DNA from: Malacoraja senta
Lineage: Eukaryota
Length of the DNA stretch: 64,000 nucleotides
Direction: 5' to 3'
NCBI GenBank assembly: GCA_038087875.1
Contig: CM075996.1
Location: 560,001 to 624,000 of the forward strand
The notes under the pieces were generated by a model, which saw nothing but the letters and a program-made list of their open reading frames with translations, was not told the DNA's origin and ran no database searches. This document shows, in pieces, positions 19,027-33,817 of this stretch (position 1 is the stretch's first letter; each line of letters begins with the position of its first letter). A program made the position numbers and the translations under genes.

Positions 19027-19765
19027 AGTCATACAGCATGGATACAGGCCCTTCGGCCCAACCTGCCCACTTTAGCCAATATGTCCCAGCTACACTAGTC
19101 CCACCTGCCCGCATTTGGTCCATATCCCTCCAAACCTGTCCATCCTTGTACCTGTCTCAGTGTTTTGCGATAGTCCCTGCCTCAACTACCTCCTCTGGCA
19201 GCTTGTTCCATACACCCGCCGACCTTTGTGTGAAAACGTTACCCCTCAGATTCCTATTAAATCTTTTCCCCTTCATCTTAAACCCATGTTCTCTGGTCCT
19301 CGATTCCTCTACTCTGGGCAAGAGACTCTGTGCATCTACCCGATCTATTCCTCTCATGATTTTATTCACCTCTATAAGATCATCCCTCATTCTCCTGCGC
19401 TCAAAGTCCCTTTGTTTACCTTTATTCCCATATTTTCATTCATATGTCACTTCCTGTATTAGAGCATGGAACAGCACAGACCCTTCGGCCCACAATGTCT
19501 GTGCTGAGCATGTTGCCAAGACCACATCTACCTGCACATAATCCATATCCCTCCATTTCGCTGCAAATCCCTATGCCTATCCAAAAGCCTCTAATTGCCA
19601 CTATTGTATCTGCCTCAACCAACAATCCTGGCAGTGAATTCCAGGCACACACCACCCTCTGTGTAAAAAGTTGCTATGCACATCTGCTTTAAACTTTGCT
19701 CCTCTCACCTTAAAGCTGTGCCCTCTAGTATTTGATTTTCCCATTCTGGGAAAAAAAAGTTCTGA
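19027..19765 (-). mobile_element. CR1/HER1-like LINE 3' fragments
   Basis: RDDLIEVNKIMRGIDRVD...SRTREHGFK...FTQR...WNKLPEEVVEA motifs. Confidence 0.8.
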
Positions 19766-21944
19766 CCTAGCTGTGCCAACCAAAGCTATGCCTCTCAAAA
19801 ATCTCAGTGAGAAAGGGAAAAATATATATTTTGTCCTTTTTTCACAAAGGTGATGTCCCTTTACTATTTTCACAGATTCAATGATATTTTATTGTCACAT
19901 GTACCAAGTGAAATGCTTTGTTTTGCATACAACCTGGTAAAATCATACAGCAGACCTCACCTAGGCAGTACACAAGAGTCAGCAACACAAGATGGAACAT
20001 GGACATTGCTGATAGGTCCAACAGTCTGAAGGAGAATCTCGACCCGAAACGTCACCTAGCCATGTTCTCCAGAGATGCCGCCTGACCCGTTGAATCACTC
20101 CAGCACTTTGTGTCCTTTTGTGTATTAACCAGCATCTGCAGTTCTTTTCTTGATTAGTACGGGTGTCAGAGGTTATGGGGAGAAGGCAGGAGAATAGGGT
20201 TAGGAGGGAGAGATAGATCAGCCATGATTGAAAGGCGGAGTAGACTTGATGGGCCGAATGACCTAATTCTGCTCCTATCACTTATGATCTTCGTTCCAAC
20301 ATTTGCTTCGTTTGGGCTCATGTTTGAAGCAGTTAAGATAACTTCTCACCTTCTTGGTTGAGAAATGGTGGTCATGCAAAGAAAATGCATGTGACGAAGA
20401 GCAATTGGGGGGCAGCCCGTGTGCGGCTGAAGCTCCCTGACAGCTGCGGCCCTTGGTCAACCGAACGCAAGACCCAGCAGACCACTGGACTGGTAGCGGG
20501 AGCCCGCCAAGCTGGCCCCTGCTTGTGCCCCGAAGACCAGAGGAGGGAACCGGTGACAATGACGGGCGAGGAGCATGGCCGGTAGGAGAAGAGAGGCAAC
20601 CGAGGGTCTGGCAACCGCGCCCTCAAGGTCGACTGCAGGAGGCGCCCCGGGGGAACAAAGGTGGACGGGCGAGGAGAGGGTTTGTCGCATCCAGGGAAGG
20701 CGACGGCTGGAGGGCCCTGCAGCAGCCTGGGACTCGCCTAGAACTGGCACCGCTCATGGGAACTAGAACGTGGACTGGACTTTGAAAATGGCGTCTTGCA
20801 AGCGGGCTCGGTAGATTATTTCTGTACACATCAAGGATGGGCTTAGGGTATGGCGATTCTCTACTGGACTGTTTGTAAGAAAAAATCTCACTGTGCGTTT
20901 GCACTTCGCATAATAGACAATAGGCAATAGATGCAGGAGTAACCATTCGGCACATTCGCTATTCAATGTGATCATGGCTGATCATCCCTAATCAGTACCC
21001 CGTTCCTGCCTTCTCCCCATATCCCCTGACTCCATTATCTTTAAGAGCCCTATCTAGCTCTCTCTTGAAAGTATCCAGAGACCTGGCCTCCACCGCCATC
21101 TGAGGCAGGAGAATTCCACAGACTCACTTATAAGTGACAATAATTTGTGGAATTCTCTGCACAGAAGGCAGTGGTGGCCAATTCCCTGGATGTATTCGAG
21201 AGAGAGTTTGATATAGCTCTTAGGGCTAACGGAATCAAGGGATATAGGGGAAAAGCAGGAAATGGATACTGACTCTGGATGATCAGCTATGATCATATTG
21301 AATGGCGGGTGCTGGCTCAAAGGGCTGAGATGGGCCTACTATTGTCTATATTTCTAAAGCACCATTGAAGTCGATTTGAGGTAAAATAGTGCTCCAGTAA
21401 AATAGGAAAAGAGTAGATCGAGAACTTCAAATGCTGCCTCTTTGTGTTTGTATTTTGTTTAGTTCTGAATGATTGCTTTCTTCCTCTTGATTGAATGTTG
21501 TTTGAGTTAATGTAACATGTCTTTGACTGAAGTGATTTAAAATATTGGGGCAGACCAACTCCCAGTTTCTGTCACTAACTATTCCGAATAACCGCTTTCA
21601 TTAACCCCTCGAGAATACTACACCATTCAATTAGATCACGGCTGACCTGTATCACAATCCTAACCACCTGCCTTGCTTCCCTAACCCTTAATCCTACTGC
21701 AGAAAGCAAAACCCAATCAATCTCGGTATTAACATTTCAGCTGTGGCTGCCAAAGTTCCGGATTTTCACCACATATTTTTTTAAACAAAGCAGTGCCTCC
21801 TGTTATCTTTCCAAAACAGCCCAGCTTCCATTTTAAGGTAATTCTTCATATATCTGGATGACATTCGGCCATTCAGCACATCAAGTCTATGCCACTCTCA
21901 GAGGTTGTGCAGCACAGTGGCGCAACGGTAGAGTTGCTGCTCTA

Positions 21945-22241
21945 AGGGCCTGTCCCACTTACGTGACCTTTACAGGTGACTGCTGACACCCGTGGTAGGT
22001 CGCCGAAATTTTCAACATGTTGACCATACAGGCATGTTGACCATACAGGCGACCCCTGGCGACATGTCGTGGGTGACCTCTCACGACCACATAGCCTGTA
22101 TGGTCGTGAGAGGTCTCCTATGGTCGTGAGAGGTCTCCAAAGAGTCGTAGCGTCTTTCTGGTCGCTGCTGAATTTTCAACATGTTGAAAACTTCGGTGCC
22201 AGCCAGTCGCCTGTAAAGGTCACGTAAGTGGGACAGGCCCT
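21945..22241. mobile_element. Harbinger-like MITE inserted in an HE1-like SINE
   Basis: Near-perfect ~38-bp TIRs agggcctgtcccacttacgtgacctttacagg and cctgtaaaggtcacgtaagtgggacaggccct; 3-bp TWA-like flanks; SINE sequence resumes after the element. Confidence 0.85.
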
Positions 22242-24865
22242 TTACTGCACCAGAGATTCAGGTTCGATCCTGGCTGCGGGTGCTGTGTGTACGAACTTTG
22301 TACGTTCTCCCCGTGACCGTGTGAGTTTTCTCCGGGTGCTCCGGTTTCCTCCCACACTCCAAAGACGTCCAGGTTTAAATGGACTTTGATCTGGACTCCA
22401 GATTTTTGAAATTTTGCTCAAAATAAATTGAGGACGTTAAAAGCTTTTCTTTAAAGACAGTAGTTATGATCTGGAGGAAAAAGGAACCGCAGATGCTGAT
22501 TTGCAACAAAAAAGACACAAGGTGCTGGAGTATGTCAGCAGGTTAGGCAGAGTCCCTGAAGAACATGGATAAGATGACGTGCCGGGTCGAGACCCTTCTT
22601 CAGACCTGGTATTTACTGCCTGCGGTGGAGATAGAATCAAGCGGGATCTTTCAAAAGAGACACAAGATGCTGGAGTAACTCAGTGGGTCAGGCAGCATTT
22701 CTGCAGGAAAGGAATGGGTGATGTTTTGGGTTGGAACCATTATTCAGACTGAGAGTCAGGAGGGAGGGAAACTAGAGGTATGGAAAGGTTCAGAACAAAT
22801 CAGAGCTGGCTCCGATGATCGAGGAAAGGTGGAGCCCACAATGGTCCATTGTTGATGAAGATAGACACAAAATGCTGGAGAAACTCAGCGGGACAGGCAG
22901 CATCTCTGGATAGAAGGAATGGGTGACGTTTTGGGTCGAGACCCTTCTGGCCAGTCTAGCAACCAACAAGGTTGCTCTACAAAGCGCTGGCACGAACACA
23001 AGGGGGCCTAGTGGTCTCTTCCCGTAGAGTAACAATACTATCATTCCACAATTTCCCCCATTAAATGCTTTCTCCCCACCATTTATAAACACTGATAAGA
23101 CTGTTCCACAACCTGCATGGAACATGGAGCGTAGAACAGTACTGCCTAGGAACAAGCCATGGGGCCCACAATGTCAGTGTCAAACATGATGCCAAAATAA
23201 ATTAATCTCATCTGCCTGCACATGATCCATATCCTTCCATTCCCTGCTTACCCTCGAAAACTGAGAGAAAGAAGCTGCATCTCTTCCTGATTACCATAGC
23301 CCTCTACAACGCTAATCATTCTACTAAGCACAATCTAGCCCTGCAGAAACTCAGTATTTGGAACAGGCGGCACATTGGCGCAGTGGGTAGAGCCGCTGCC
23401 TCACAGCACCAGAGACCCGGGTTCGATCCTGACCTTGGGTACTGTTTGTGTGGAGTTTGCATGTTCTTCCTGTGACCGCATGGATTTCCTCCTGGTGCTC
23501 TGGTTTCCTCCCACATTCCCAAAGACATGCAGGTTTGTAGGTTAAGTGGCCTCTGTAAATTGCCACTAGTGTGTAGGGAGTGGATGAGAAAGTGGGTGAA
23601 TGTAGAACTAGCATGCAAAGCGACACAAAGTGTTTGCTCATGGTCCTGTGAATATTATGCTTCAAGTGGACGGCATGGTGGCACAACGGTAGAGTTGCTG
23701 CCTCACAGCACCAGAGACCCCGGGTTTGATCCTGACATTGGGTACTATCTGTGTGTTGTGCACACGTTCTCCCTGTGACCACGTGGGTTTCTTCCTGGTG
23801 CCGCAGTTTCCTCCCACATCCCAAAGGTGTGCAGGTTTGTGCGTTAATTGACCTCTGCAGATTGCCCCTAGTGTGCAGGGAGTGGATGAGAAAGTGGGAT
23901 GACTTAGAAATAGCGTGAAAAAAGACACAAAGTGCTGGAGTAACTCAGTTGGTCAAGCTGCATCTCTGGAGAACGCGGATAGGTGACGTTTCGGGACTCA
24001 AAACGCCACCTATCCATGCTGCATCTTTCGTTCAACATCTCTGGTGCCCATGGATAGGTGACTTTGGAGACGTTAATCCATGTTCTCCAGAGACGCTGCC
24101 TGACCTGCTGAGTTACTCCAGCACTTTGTGTCTTTTTGTGCATTAACCGGCATCTGCAGCTCTTTGTTTCCACGTAGAACTAATGTGAAAGGGTGATCGG
24201 TGGCCGTCGTGAACTCGACGGGTCGAAGACCCCCCCTTTCCATGCCGTGCCTTTCGATCGAAGACCCGAAATCTGTCTCGGCAACCTGACGGATTTGAGG
24301 CCGTGGTAATCTCACCCTCTTCAATTACAGCCTCTTCCCTCAGGCTTCAAGGAGCGATCTGGCTGATAAAACAGGCACATAAATTAATATATGTGTATAT
24401 CACTGGAGGAGGCCGAATCATTGAAGCAGCTCAGATTAATGGCTGCGTCTATAGATTTCAATTTAACTCCCTGCTGCTCCAAGGGCCTCGTTCAATGCTT
24501 GCGGCCAGTTCCATTCTGATGTTGCTTCCGCACATGGAAATATTAAATCAACCATAGCATACATCAAGGCTCAATGTTCATGAAGCTTTTAAATTAGATT
24601 AACTTCTCCTTTAAAGATTTTGTTCACCTAACGACAATTTCTCGTTAAGTGTTATCTAGGACAATCCAAAAATGTTTCGTTACAGAAAGACACAAAATGC
24701 CGGAGTAACTCAGCGGGTCCGGCAGCATCTCTGGAGGAAAGGAATAGGGGACGTTTCGTCCCCTATTCCTTTTCTCCAGAGAGGCTGCCTGATCCACTGA
24801 GTTACTCTGGCATTTTGTGTCTATCTTCAGTGTAAACCAGCATCTGCTGCTCCTTCCTACACAAT

Positions 24866-25490
24866 GTAAGTAAGTAAGTTTATTGGCCAAGTATTCACAT
24901 ACAAGGAATTTGCCTTGGTGCTCCGCCCACAAGTAACAACATGACATACAGTGACAGTTACAAATGACTCAGAAAACACTAAACATTAATAATAATAAGA
25001 CATTAATGATAAAACACCATTGATCAAGCATGTGAACCAACAAAATACCAGATCAAAGGGAGGCTACAGATTTTTGGCTGTTGAGTAGAGCAACTACTCG
25101 TGGATAAAAACTGTTTTTATGTCTGGCTGTGGCAGCTTTGACAATCCGGAGTCGCCTTCCAGAGGGAAGTGATTCAAAGAGTTTGTGGCCAGGGTGAGAG
25201 GGGTCAGAGATGATCTTGCCCGCTCGCTTCCTGGCCCTTACAGTGTACAGTTCATCAATGGAGGGAAGGTTGCAGCCAATAATCTTCTCTGCTGATCGAA
25301 CGATTCGCTGCAGCTTCCGGATGTCGTGCTTGGTGGCTGAGCCAAACCAGACCATGATGGAGAAGGTGAGAACAGACTCTACGATGGCCGTGTAGAATTG
25401 GACCATCATTGCCTGTGGCAGATTGTGCTTCCTCAGCTGCCGCAGGAAGTACATCCTCTGTTGTGCCTTTTTGACCGTTGAGTCCCCCAC
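24866..25490 (-). mobile_element. Rex1/Babar LINE 3' end, 5'-truncated
   Basis: Open ORF KKAQQRMYFLRQLRK...FYTAIVESVLTFSIMVWFG...SHPGHKLFESLPSGRR; (CTTA)n tail. Confidence 0.88.
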
Positions 25491-25937
25491 TTAAGGTCCT
25501 TGTTTTGTTTGGTTTAGATTAGTTTAGAGATGCAGCGTGGAACAGGCCCTTGGCCCACAGAGTTTGAGCGACCAGCGATCCCCATGCACTAGCACAATCC
25601 TGCACACTGGAGACAATTTTATAATCTCACCAAAGCCAATTAACCTACAAACCTGCACACCTTGGAATGTGGGAGGAAACCGGAGAAAACCCTCGCGGTC
25701 ACGAGGAGAACGTACAAACTCCCTACAGACAGCACCCTTAGTCAGGATTGAACCCGGGTCTCTGGCGCAGTGAGGCAGCAACTCTACCGCTGCGCCACTG
25801 CGCTGCCCCGTTACTGTATGAATTAAAAATGAAATATTAATCAAAGTAGCCAGCATTCACATAGAATTCTTATGACTTCAGAACATCCCAAAATGTTTTG
25901 AACTCTAGATGTTTTAGTAACGTACGAATTATGGCAG

Positions 25938-26277
25938 CTCTAGTTTCGAATTATGGTCAGTTTCCATTTAGATTGACTACCGAATGTTTTACTTATTTAG
26001 GCATTAAGATTACCAAGAAACTCCAGGATATATTTAAAGCTAATTTTACGCCTCTAATTGACCATATCAAACAACAGTTTACTAAATGGTCACCAATGTC
26101 CTTATCTTTAATCGGCCGAATCAATGCTATTAAAATGTTTATTTTACCTAATTTTTTTTTTAATTTCAGACGATACCAATTTTTATTACTAAATCTTTCT
26201 TTGATATTATTGACTCCAAAATTTCTTCATATATATGGCAGAATAAAAATTCCAGACTAAATAAAAAATACTTACAG
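25938..26277 (+). mobile_element. L1 ORF2 fragment
   Basis: FTYLGIKIT...KWSPMSLSLIGRINAIKMFILP. Confidence 0.8.
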
Positions 26278-27821
26278 AATTATGGCAGCTGATTTGCCCC
26301 CATAATGAGCAAACATATTAACTCCATTGGCATTTATCAAATTTACCATCGAAATTCACCAAGGCACTAGGAGGAAGTCAAGTGCTCTTTATGTAGTAAT
26401 GTGGCATTTTTTGTACAGGCAGATAGTCATAGAGTCATACAGCACAGAAACAGACCCTTCAGCCAAGCTTGTCCATGCTGACAAAGATGCCCCATCTAGG
26501 CTCGTCCTATTTACCCTTGCTTGGCCTCTAAACTCCTGAGGGCGGCCACGGTGGTGCAGTGGTAGAGTCGCTGCCTTATAGCGCTTGCGGCGTCGGAGAC
26601 CCGGGTTCAATCCCGACAACAGGTGCTGTCTGCACAGATTTTGTACGTTCTCCCCGTGGGTTTTCTCTGAGATCTTCGGTTTCCTCCCACACTCCAAAGA
26701 CGTACAGGTACTGCATGTAGGTTAATTGGCTTGGTGTATGTGTAAATTGTCCCTAGTGTGTGTAGGATAATGTTAATGTGGGGGGGGGGGGGAATCGCTG
26801 GTCGGCGCGAACTCGATGGGCCGAAGGGCCTGTTTCCGCACTGTATCTCTAAATTAAACCTTTCTTATCCATGTAGCCAAGTGTCCAGTGTTAGCCTTGT
26901 TTAACATCTCATGTAACATTCAACCCATTGGTAGGAACAATGCTGCTTTAGAACTGCTCCATGTACACAAGTGTAACATTTCCATCTCAAGCAATGGATA
27001 GCGATCCGTATCTGTTACAGACTCCTTGATTACACCTCTGCTCCCTTTGTCTAGTTTCCATGGCCCCTTGCTGCTGTTCTGATCACACCACTGTCCGCAC
27101 ACCATTGCTTCAGAGATCTGTAGGGAAGGAACGGCAGATGCTGGTTTACACCGACGGCAGACACAAAATGCTGGAGTAGCTCAGCGGGACAGGCAGCATC
27201 TCTGGAGAGAAGGAATGGGTGACGTTTCCAGTCGAGACCCTTCTTCAGACTGTTCCTTTTTCCTTAACCATAACTTCCCCTCCACCAGACTGGTCAGGAT
27301 CAGGACTGTCAACAATGCGGTGCAGGCTCGATGGGCCAAATGGCCTCCTCCTGCACCTATTTTGTATACTGGTTATGGGTCCCACACTCCTGCAGGTATA
27401 GAGTCAAAGAGCCAGACCGCACGTAAACAAGCCCTTCAGCCCAACTGGCTCATGCTGAACAAGATGCCTCATCTACACTAGTCCCTCCTGCCTGCATTTG
27501 GCCCATATCCCTCTAAACCGATCCTATCCATGTACCTATCCAAATGTCTTTTAAATGTTATCATACTACCTGCCTCAACAACCTCCTCCGGCAGCTCATT
27601 CCATATACCCATCACGGTCTGTGTGAAAATTTGCCTTTTAGGTGTCTATTAAATCTTTTCCCTTCACCTTAAGGGGGAAAAGTCCTCCCATTTTTGATTT
27701 CCCCTACTCTGGGTAAAAGACTGTGCATTCACTCTATCTATTCCCCTCAATATAGTATACACCTCTTTAAGATCACCACTCATCCTCCTGCGCTCCAAGG
27801 AATAAAGTCCTTGCCTGCCCC

Positions 27822-28557
27822 AGCCGGGCTCAGGCCTTCAATGGCTGCCACGCCATCAGTCTGTCTGTCCATTCTTCTTTTTGTTATTTTTAGTATGTGT
27901 TAAAAAGTATGTTTTAGTGTTCCTTGGTTTGTTTTATGTGAGGGGCGGGTGGGGGGGGGGGAGTTTGGGGGAAACTTTTTTTCAATCTCTTACCTTGACG
28001 GAGATGCGATTTTTTCCATATCGTATCTCCGTCTGCACTGCGGCCTAACATCGTGGAGTTGCCGGCCTTTCCTGGAGGCCGATGGGCGCTCCAAGCCGCG
28101 GGAGTCTACGGGACTTTAACATCGCGGAGCTTACGATCCCTTTGCTGGGGATCGAAGTTCCCAACCGCGGGGCCTGTGGACTTTAACATCGTGAAGCCTG
28201 CGGTCTCTGGTAAGAAGAGGCCGATTCGTGGCCTCCCTGCCGCGGAGAGTTTCAACTGCTCCGACGCGGGAGTTTCAATCACCCCGACAGGGGCTTCGAT
28301 CATCGGCTGCGGGGGCTTTGATCGCCCCGACTGCGGATGGTTTGACTGCCCCCACCGCGGGAGAACAAAGAGGAAGTAGATTGAACTTTATTGCCTTCCA
28401 TCACAGTGAGGAATGTGGAATCCACTGTGATGGATGTTTATGTTAACTTTTATGTGGTTGTGTGTCTCGTTGTTTTTCACTTAGTATGGCTGTATGGTAA
28501 CTCAAATTTCACTGCACCTTAATTGGTACATGTGACAATAAACTGACCTTGAAACCT
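27822..28557 (+). mobile_element. GC-rich non-coding retroelement family member with Rex1-like tail
   Basis: Shares modules (atggctgcc, poly-G, ttgccttccatcacagtg) with elements at 31450-32210 and 32297-32697; ends gtacatgtgacaataaa. Confidence 0.6.
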
Positions 28558-31500
28558 TCAATTCTTAGCAACATTGTCGTAAATCTTTTCTGCACTCTTT
28601 CCAGCTGAACAACATCCTTCCTATAGCATAGTGACCGAAACTGAACACAATACTTCAAATACTGTCTCACCAATGTCTTGTATAGAGTTCCCCTTGTACT
28701 CTCCTTCCTCCCCATGGCCCACGTTCCTCCCATGTTTTTCACTACCAACACAATTAGACGATCCTTCCCTCTGTTTTTATCCTTTGTCAGTTATCTTAAA
28801 GGTGGCACGGTGGCACAGCGGTAGAGCTGCTGCCTTACAGCGCCAGAGACCCGGGTTCAGTCCCGACTGCAGGTGCTGTCTGAACGGAGTTTGTTCATTC
28901 TCCCTGTGACGTGGGTGGGTTTTCTCAGAGATCTTCGGTTTCCTCCCACACTCCAATAACGTGCAGGTAGAATCATTGGCTTGGTGTATGTGTAAACTGT
29001 TCCTAGTATGTGTAGGAAAGTGTTAATGTGCGGGGATCGCTGGTTGGTGTGGACTTGGTGGGCCGAAGGTCCTGTTTCCGCGCTGTATCTCTAAACTAAA
29101 CCATTTTAAAGTTACTTTGGGAATTGACAAGCAGAAGAAAAAAAGCTGTCTTAGTTTAAAAAAAAGTCTAGAGGGAAAAAAAACTGTTCCCATGCACCCT
29201 CCCTACAGTAATCAGTGACCAGACACCTTTATCACTTAAGAACACAGATACTTTAGCTACAGGTATCCGCTGAATTTGACAAGCAGCCACTCCTGTTGAT
29301 AACTGTGGAACTATACCCTTAATGCAACATACGACCTTCAGCATTTTTATCTTGCAGCAACACATGTAAACATATTGCAGGCATCTCGCGTTTTACGCGG
29401 GAGTTACGTGCTGGCAAAGCAGCGCGTCATTCAAAAATGCGCAAACTAAACATATAGGCGACGACTCTGCTGTCAGCAGTAAATCTGAGCACGTTATTCC
29501 AAAAGTACCAGCGCATAAATCAACCCTCGATATTCAAGTGTGTTATTTCAAAAATGCATCAACCAAACACTCATAAAACACGAAATGTCTGTGCTATTGA
29601 AAAGAGCTTTATTCTTGAAAATCCCGTGGGAAAAACGAACTTTGTTGTCGCGAGTCTGAAAGTCTCCGGCCCTTCACCTCCTTATCCCAATGATGCAAGT
29701 ATTTATAACACCATTTTCTATAACTTTTTTTTGTTCATACATTGTAGGGGCAGAATTAGGCCATTCGGCCCATCAAGTCTACTCCGCCATTCAATCATGG
29801 CCGATCTATCTCTTCCTCTCAACCCCATTCTCCTGCCTTCTCCCCATAACCCCTGACACCCGTACTAATCAAGAATCTATCTATCTCCGCCTTAAAAATA
29901 TCCCTTGACTTGGCCTCCATAGCCTTCTTTGGCAAAGAATTCCACAGATTCACCACCCTCCGACTAGAGAAATTCCTCCTCATCTTTCTACAGATATGTT
30001 CTTTTATTCTGAGGCTATGGTCTCAGGTCCTAAAATGTTTCTTAGGAATGTAACTATCATGTTACAGTAGCACTGCATTCGGTGATAGTACTGTGGTCAC
30101 TTTCACATCGAGACCAAATGTAGATTGGGCAACTTCCTTGCAGAATACCGCCGTTCAGCCCACCGGCCCCTCAGCCTCCATTTTCCTGCCCCTTGAAATT
30201 TCCATCCAAGCCATTCTCTGACATCTTTGACATTGGATGCTTGCATTACCCCAGTAAGGCCAGATGTGTTTTGCAGGAACTCATCTCACCTACTGTCTCA
30301 ACTACTGGCCTTTGTGCCTCAATAGGGACTTGATGGCACTGTGGAGCAGCGGGAGGGTTGCTGCCTTACACCACTAGAGACCCGGGTTCAATCTGACTAT
30401 GGCTGCTGTCTGTTGGGGATTTGTGCTTTCAACCACTGACCACGTGGGTTTTCTCCGGGTGCTCCAGTTTCCTCCCACACTCTGAAGTCGTACAGATACG
30501 TAGGTTAGTTGGCATTGGTAAAATTGTAAAAATGGTCCCAAGTGTGTAAGATAGTGCTCGTTCACAGTGATCGTTGATTGGCGTGGACTCAGTAGGCCGA
30601 AAAGCCTTTTTCCACACCGTATCTCTAATGTCTAAATAATAGCTAGTCATTCAATCTGGTACTGGCTAACAGCTGAGAAGACACTGTCCATGAGTCTCGA
30701 AGTGTGCGTTTCTCAACTTCTATACCTTGCCTGATGGGAGAGACGAGAAGAGGGAGTGACCGGGGTGAGACCGGCCCTTGGTTATGCTGGTGGCCTTGCA
30801 GAGGCAGCGTGAAGTGTGGATGGAGTTGGTGGAACGGAGGTTGGTTTGTGTGATGGTCTGGGCCACATCCATAGGCCTCTGCAATTTCTTGTGGTCTTGG
30901 ATTGATTGGATAGTTTAGAAAGTGTTATAGTTTTGGATGAAGCTAATTCACTTTCTACCTCAATAAATAAATCTACCGTGTTATGGTTAACACTTTAATA
31001 GAGGACCCCGTGTGTTATGATTAGATTTGAACATACAGCATAGAAATAGGCCCTTCAGCCCACGTCAACCATCAGATCACCCGTTCAAACAAGTTTTATA
31101 TTATCCCACTTTTGCATTGTAATTGTAATTAATTTATTAGCCAAATACGCAAACATACAAGGAATTTGATTTGCCAACAGTCATTCAAAAAAGCAACAAG
31201 ATATATAACCACATAAAAATTAAACAGAGACTTAAGCAGCCATCACAACGGCGTGTGAGAATCCCCACAACATAAGCGGAGACCCACAGCCATCAGTGCA
31301 ATGTCCGGGCCGCACACACGCTCCTTCACCGTGATGTGACCAGAGTAGTACCGACCGCTGTCACTCTCTCTGCATTCCCTGTCCGCCCGAACAGTCGGAA
31401 AGACGTCCGCACTCGCGCCAGACTCCGGGATGTCCTCATGGAGCCATGAGTAGTAGTAGTAGTCGTAGTCAGATTTATTCGTCACATCCACAATGAAGTG

Positions 31501-32831
31501 CAGTGAAATGAACTTGCCAGCAGCGGTACAATAAAAAAGAACACACAATACACAATAAAAATTGAACACAAAAACATCCACCACAGCATTCATCACTGTG
31601 ATGGAAGGCACAAAGTTCAGTCAGTTCTCCTCCATTTTGCCACAAACCTCCGCAGTCGCCGCTGCGGGCGGCCAGATGTACAGGCCCTCTCGTCTGGAAG
31701 GTAAGTCCCGAGTCGGTGCTTCCCTACCGGAGACCGCGGCTTCAAGATGATGTAGGCTGTAGGCCGCAGGCCGCGGGCCGGCGGTTGGAGCTCTTCTCCT
31801 CCGGGGTCCCCAACGAGGGATCCCAGGCTCCGCAGACCGCGGCTTCAGGATGTAACAGTCGGCGGGCCAGCGATCGGAGCACTCCCTTCTGGCGACCCCC
31901 GGCAAGGGCTCGACTGCTCCGCGATGAAAAGTTCACGCTGCGCCCGCTGCTGTAGCTCCGGGCCCGACTCCGGGAAAGGACGCACCAATCCTTGTTGTTA
32001 GGCTGCGAAGGAGGCGACATGGAAAACGTTGCCTCTCCGTGGAGGAGTTGACCGAAAGCAGTTCCCCCTTTAACCCCCCCCCCTCACCAACCCCCACACA
32101 AGACACACCGAGAGACATTAAAACAATCATTTGGACATACTAAAAAAACAAAAAAAGTAGAAATGACCAACACGCTGCTGGCAGGGCAGCCATCTCGCAG
32201 CGCCCCCACCGAGATCACCGAGGTCACTGCACTCACGGCACTCCCTCCGATTCCTCACCAGTGCAGGCAGCACGTCCATCTTGTTTTCTCAGCGACCTCA
32301 CATTCCCCACTGTGATGGAAGGCGAATAACGTATACCATCTTTCCTCCTTTTCTCCTGTGGTCGGGGCGATCGAAACTTCCGCAGTCGGGATGATCGAAG
32401 CTCCTGCATCGGGGGCGATCGGAGCTCCCGCGGTCGGAGCTCCCGCAGTCGATCCCTAACAAAGGGACCGCCAGCTCCACGATGTTAAAGCCGCAGCGCA
32501 GACGGAGATACGATGACAAAGTCGCATCTCCGTCGAGGAAAGAGATTAAAAAAAGGTTTCCCCAAACCCCCCCCCACCACCACATAATACAAAAACTAAA
32601 GATACTCTAAAAACATACAAGTAAATAGAGACCAAACCAGCAAAAGATGAGACAGGCTGTTGGCGTGGTTGCCACGTAAGGATGTATGGCGCCACCTAGA
32701 GGCAGACCCCCGACACACTAGGGTCAATTTACAGAAGCCAATTAACCTGCAAATGTGGTAGGAAACCTGAGCACCCGGAGGAAACCCACACGGTCACAGG
32801 GAGAACATGCAAACTCCACACACACAGCACG

Positions 32832-33817
32832 GGGAGGAGGAGCCATCTTGGGGAACGGCTGCTAATCAGCAGCCGTCCATTTAATTCACTTTTTTTTTGC
32901 AGTTTTAGTGCGTCCTATGTACTGTCTGTGGGAGATATCGACTTTTAATGTAGGGCGAAGGGGGTAACCGTATTTCTAGGTCCCTACCTGGTCGGGGAGG
33001 CAGCTTTTTCTCCAGGCTGCCCCGTCGACCCGTCCTCGTGGCCTACCAGCGGGCATGGAGCGCCGTTTCCTGGCGGGGACCGCCCAGCACCTCGGCTTCG
33101 GTGGCGGCACAGCGCTGGAGCGCTGTCGCGGAGGGGTGCGGGCGATGCCTTGCCTGGGTTGCCACGCTGGATCGACGCGCTGGAGCTCCGGTGAGCTGTG
33201 ACCGCCGAGCTCGACACCTCCGGGCTGCGGGTCTGTGGAGAGGAGCGGGCGGCGCCGACTTTAACATCGGGAGCCTGGGAGCTTCAAACCGGCGCGCCCC
33301 TGTCGGCTTCGGAAGCCGCGGTCTCCAGTAAGGAATGCAGCCGTTCCAGGTGGCCCAGCCGCTGAGAGGACTCTCCCGACGCCGGTGCAACAGCACCCGG
33401 TGAGAACGGCCAGGAAAATCGGGCCTCCGTAGAGGCAATAGCGGAGCCCTCAATAGGCCTGACTTTGGGAGAACTGGGGATGGGGACTGGACATTGTGCC
33501 TTCCCCCACAGTGGTAACCATTGTGGGGGGATGATTTTTGTCTGTAGTGTCTATTTTTAGTCTGTGTCCAAGATGGCGGTCGGAAGGGAGAATGGACGCT
33601 GGCGCGGTTTAGCTGCCGCTGCTCTCTCTTCACATTGTGTTTCTGATTTTTTTATGTCTTTGAATCGAATTCTGTCTTTAATTTGTATATTGGTGATGTC
33701 TTTATAACTTATTTTACTCCGATTATATGTTTCTCTGTTATATTCTGTAAGGTGTCCTTGAGACTTTTGTATAGGCGCCCACAAATAAAATGTATTATTA
33801 TTATTATTATTATTACT
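32832..33817 (+). mobile_element. GC-rich non-coding retroelement with L2-like tail
   Basis: Homologous to 37588-38457(-), 39555-40222(+) and 56795-57676(-); ends tgtaaggtgtccttgag...ggcgccc...aataaaatg(tat)n. Confidence 0.7.

Noticed and set aside
33025..33055. ccgtcctcgtggcctaccagcggg resembling the HDV ribozyme L3 in the GC-rich family
   Set aside because: The loop would be 6 nt and I could not build a consistent P1/P2 across copies.
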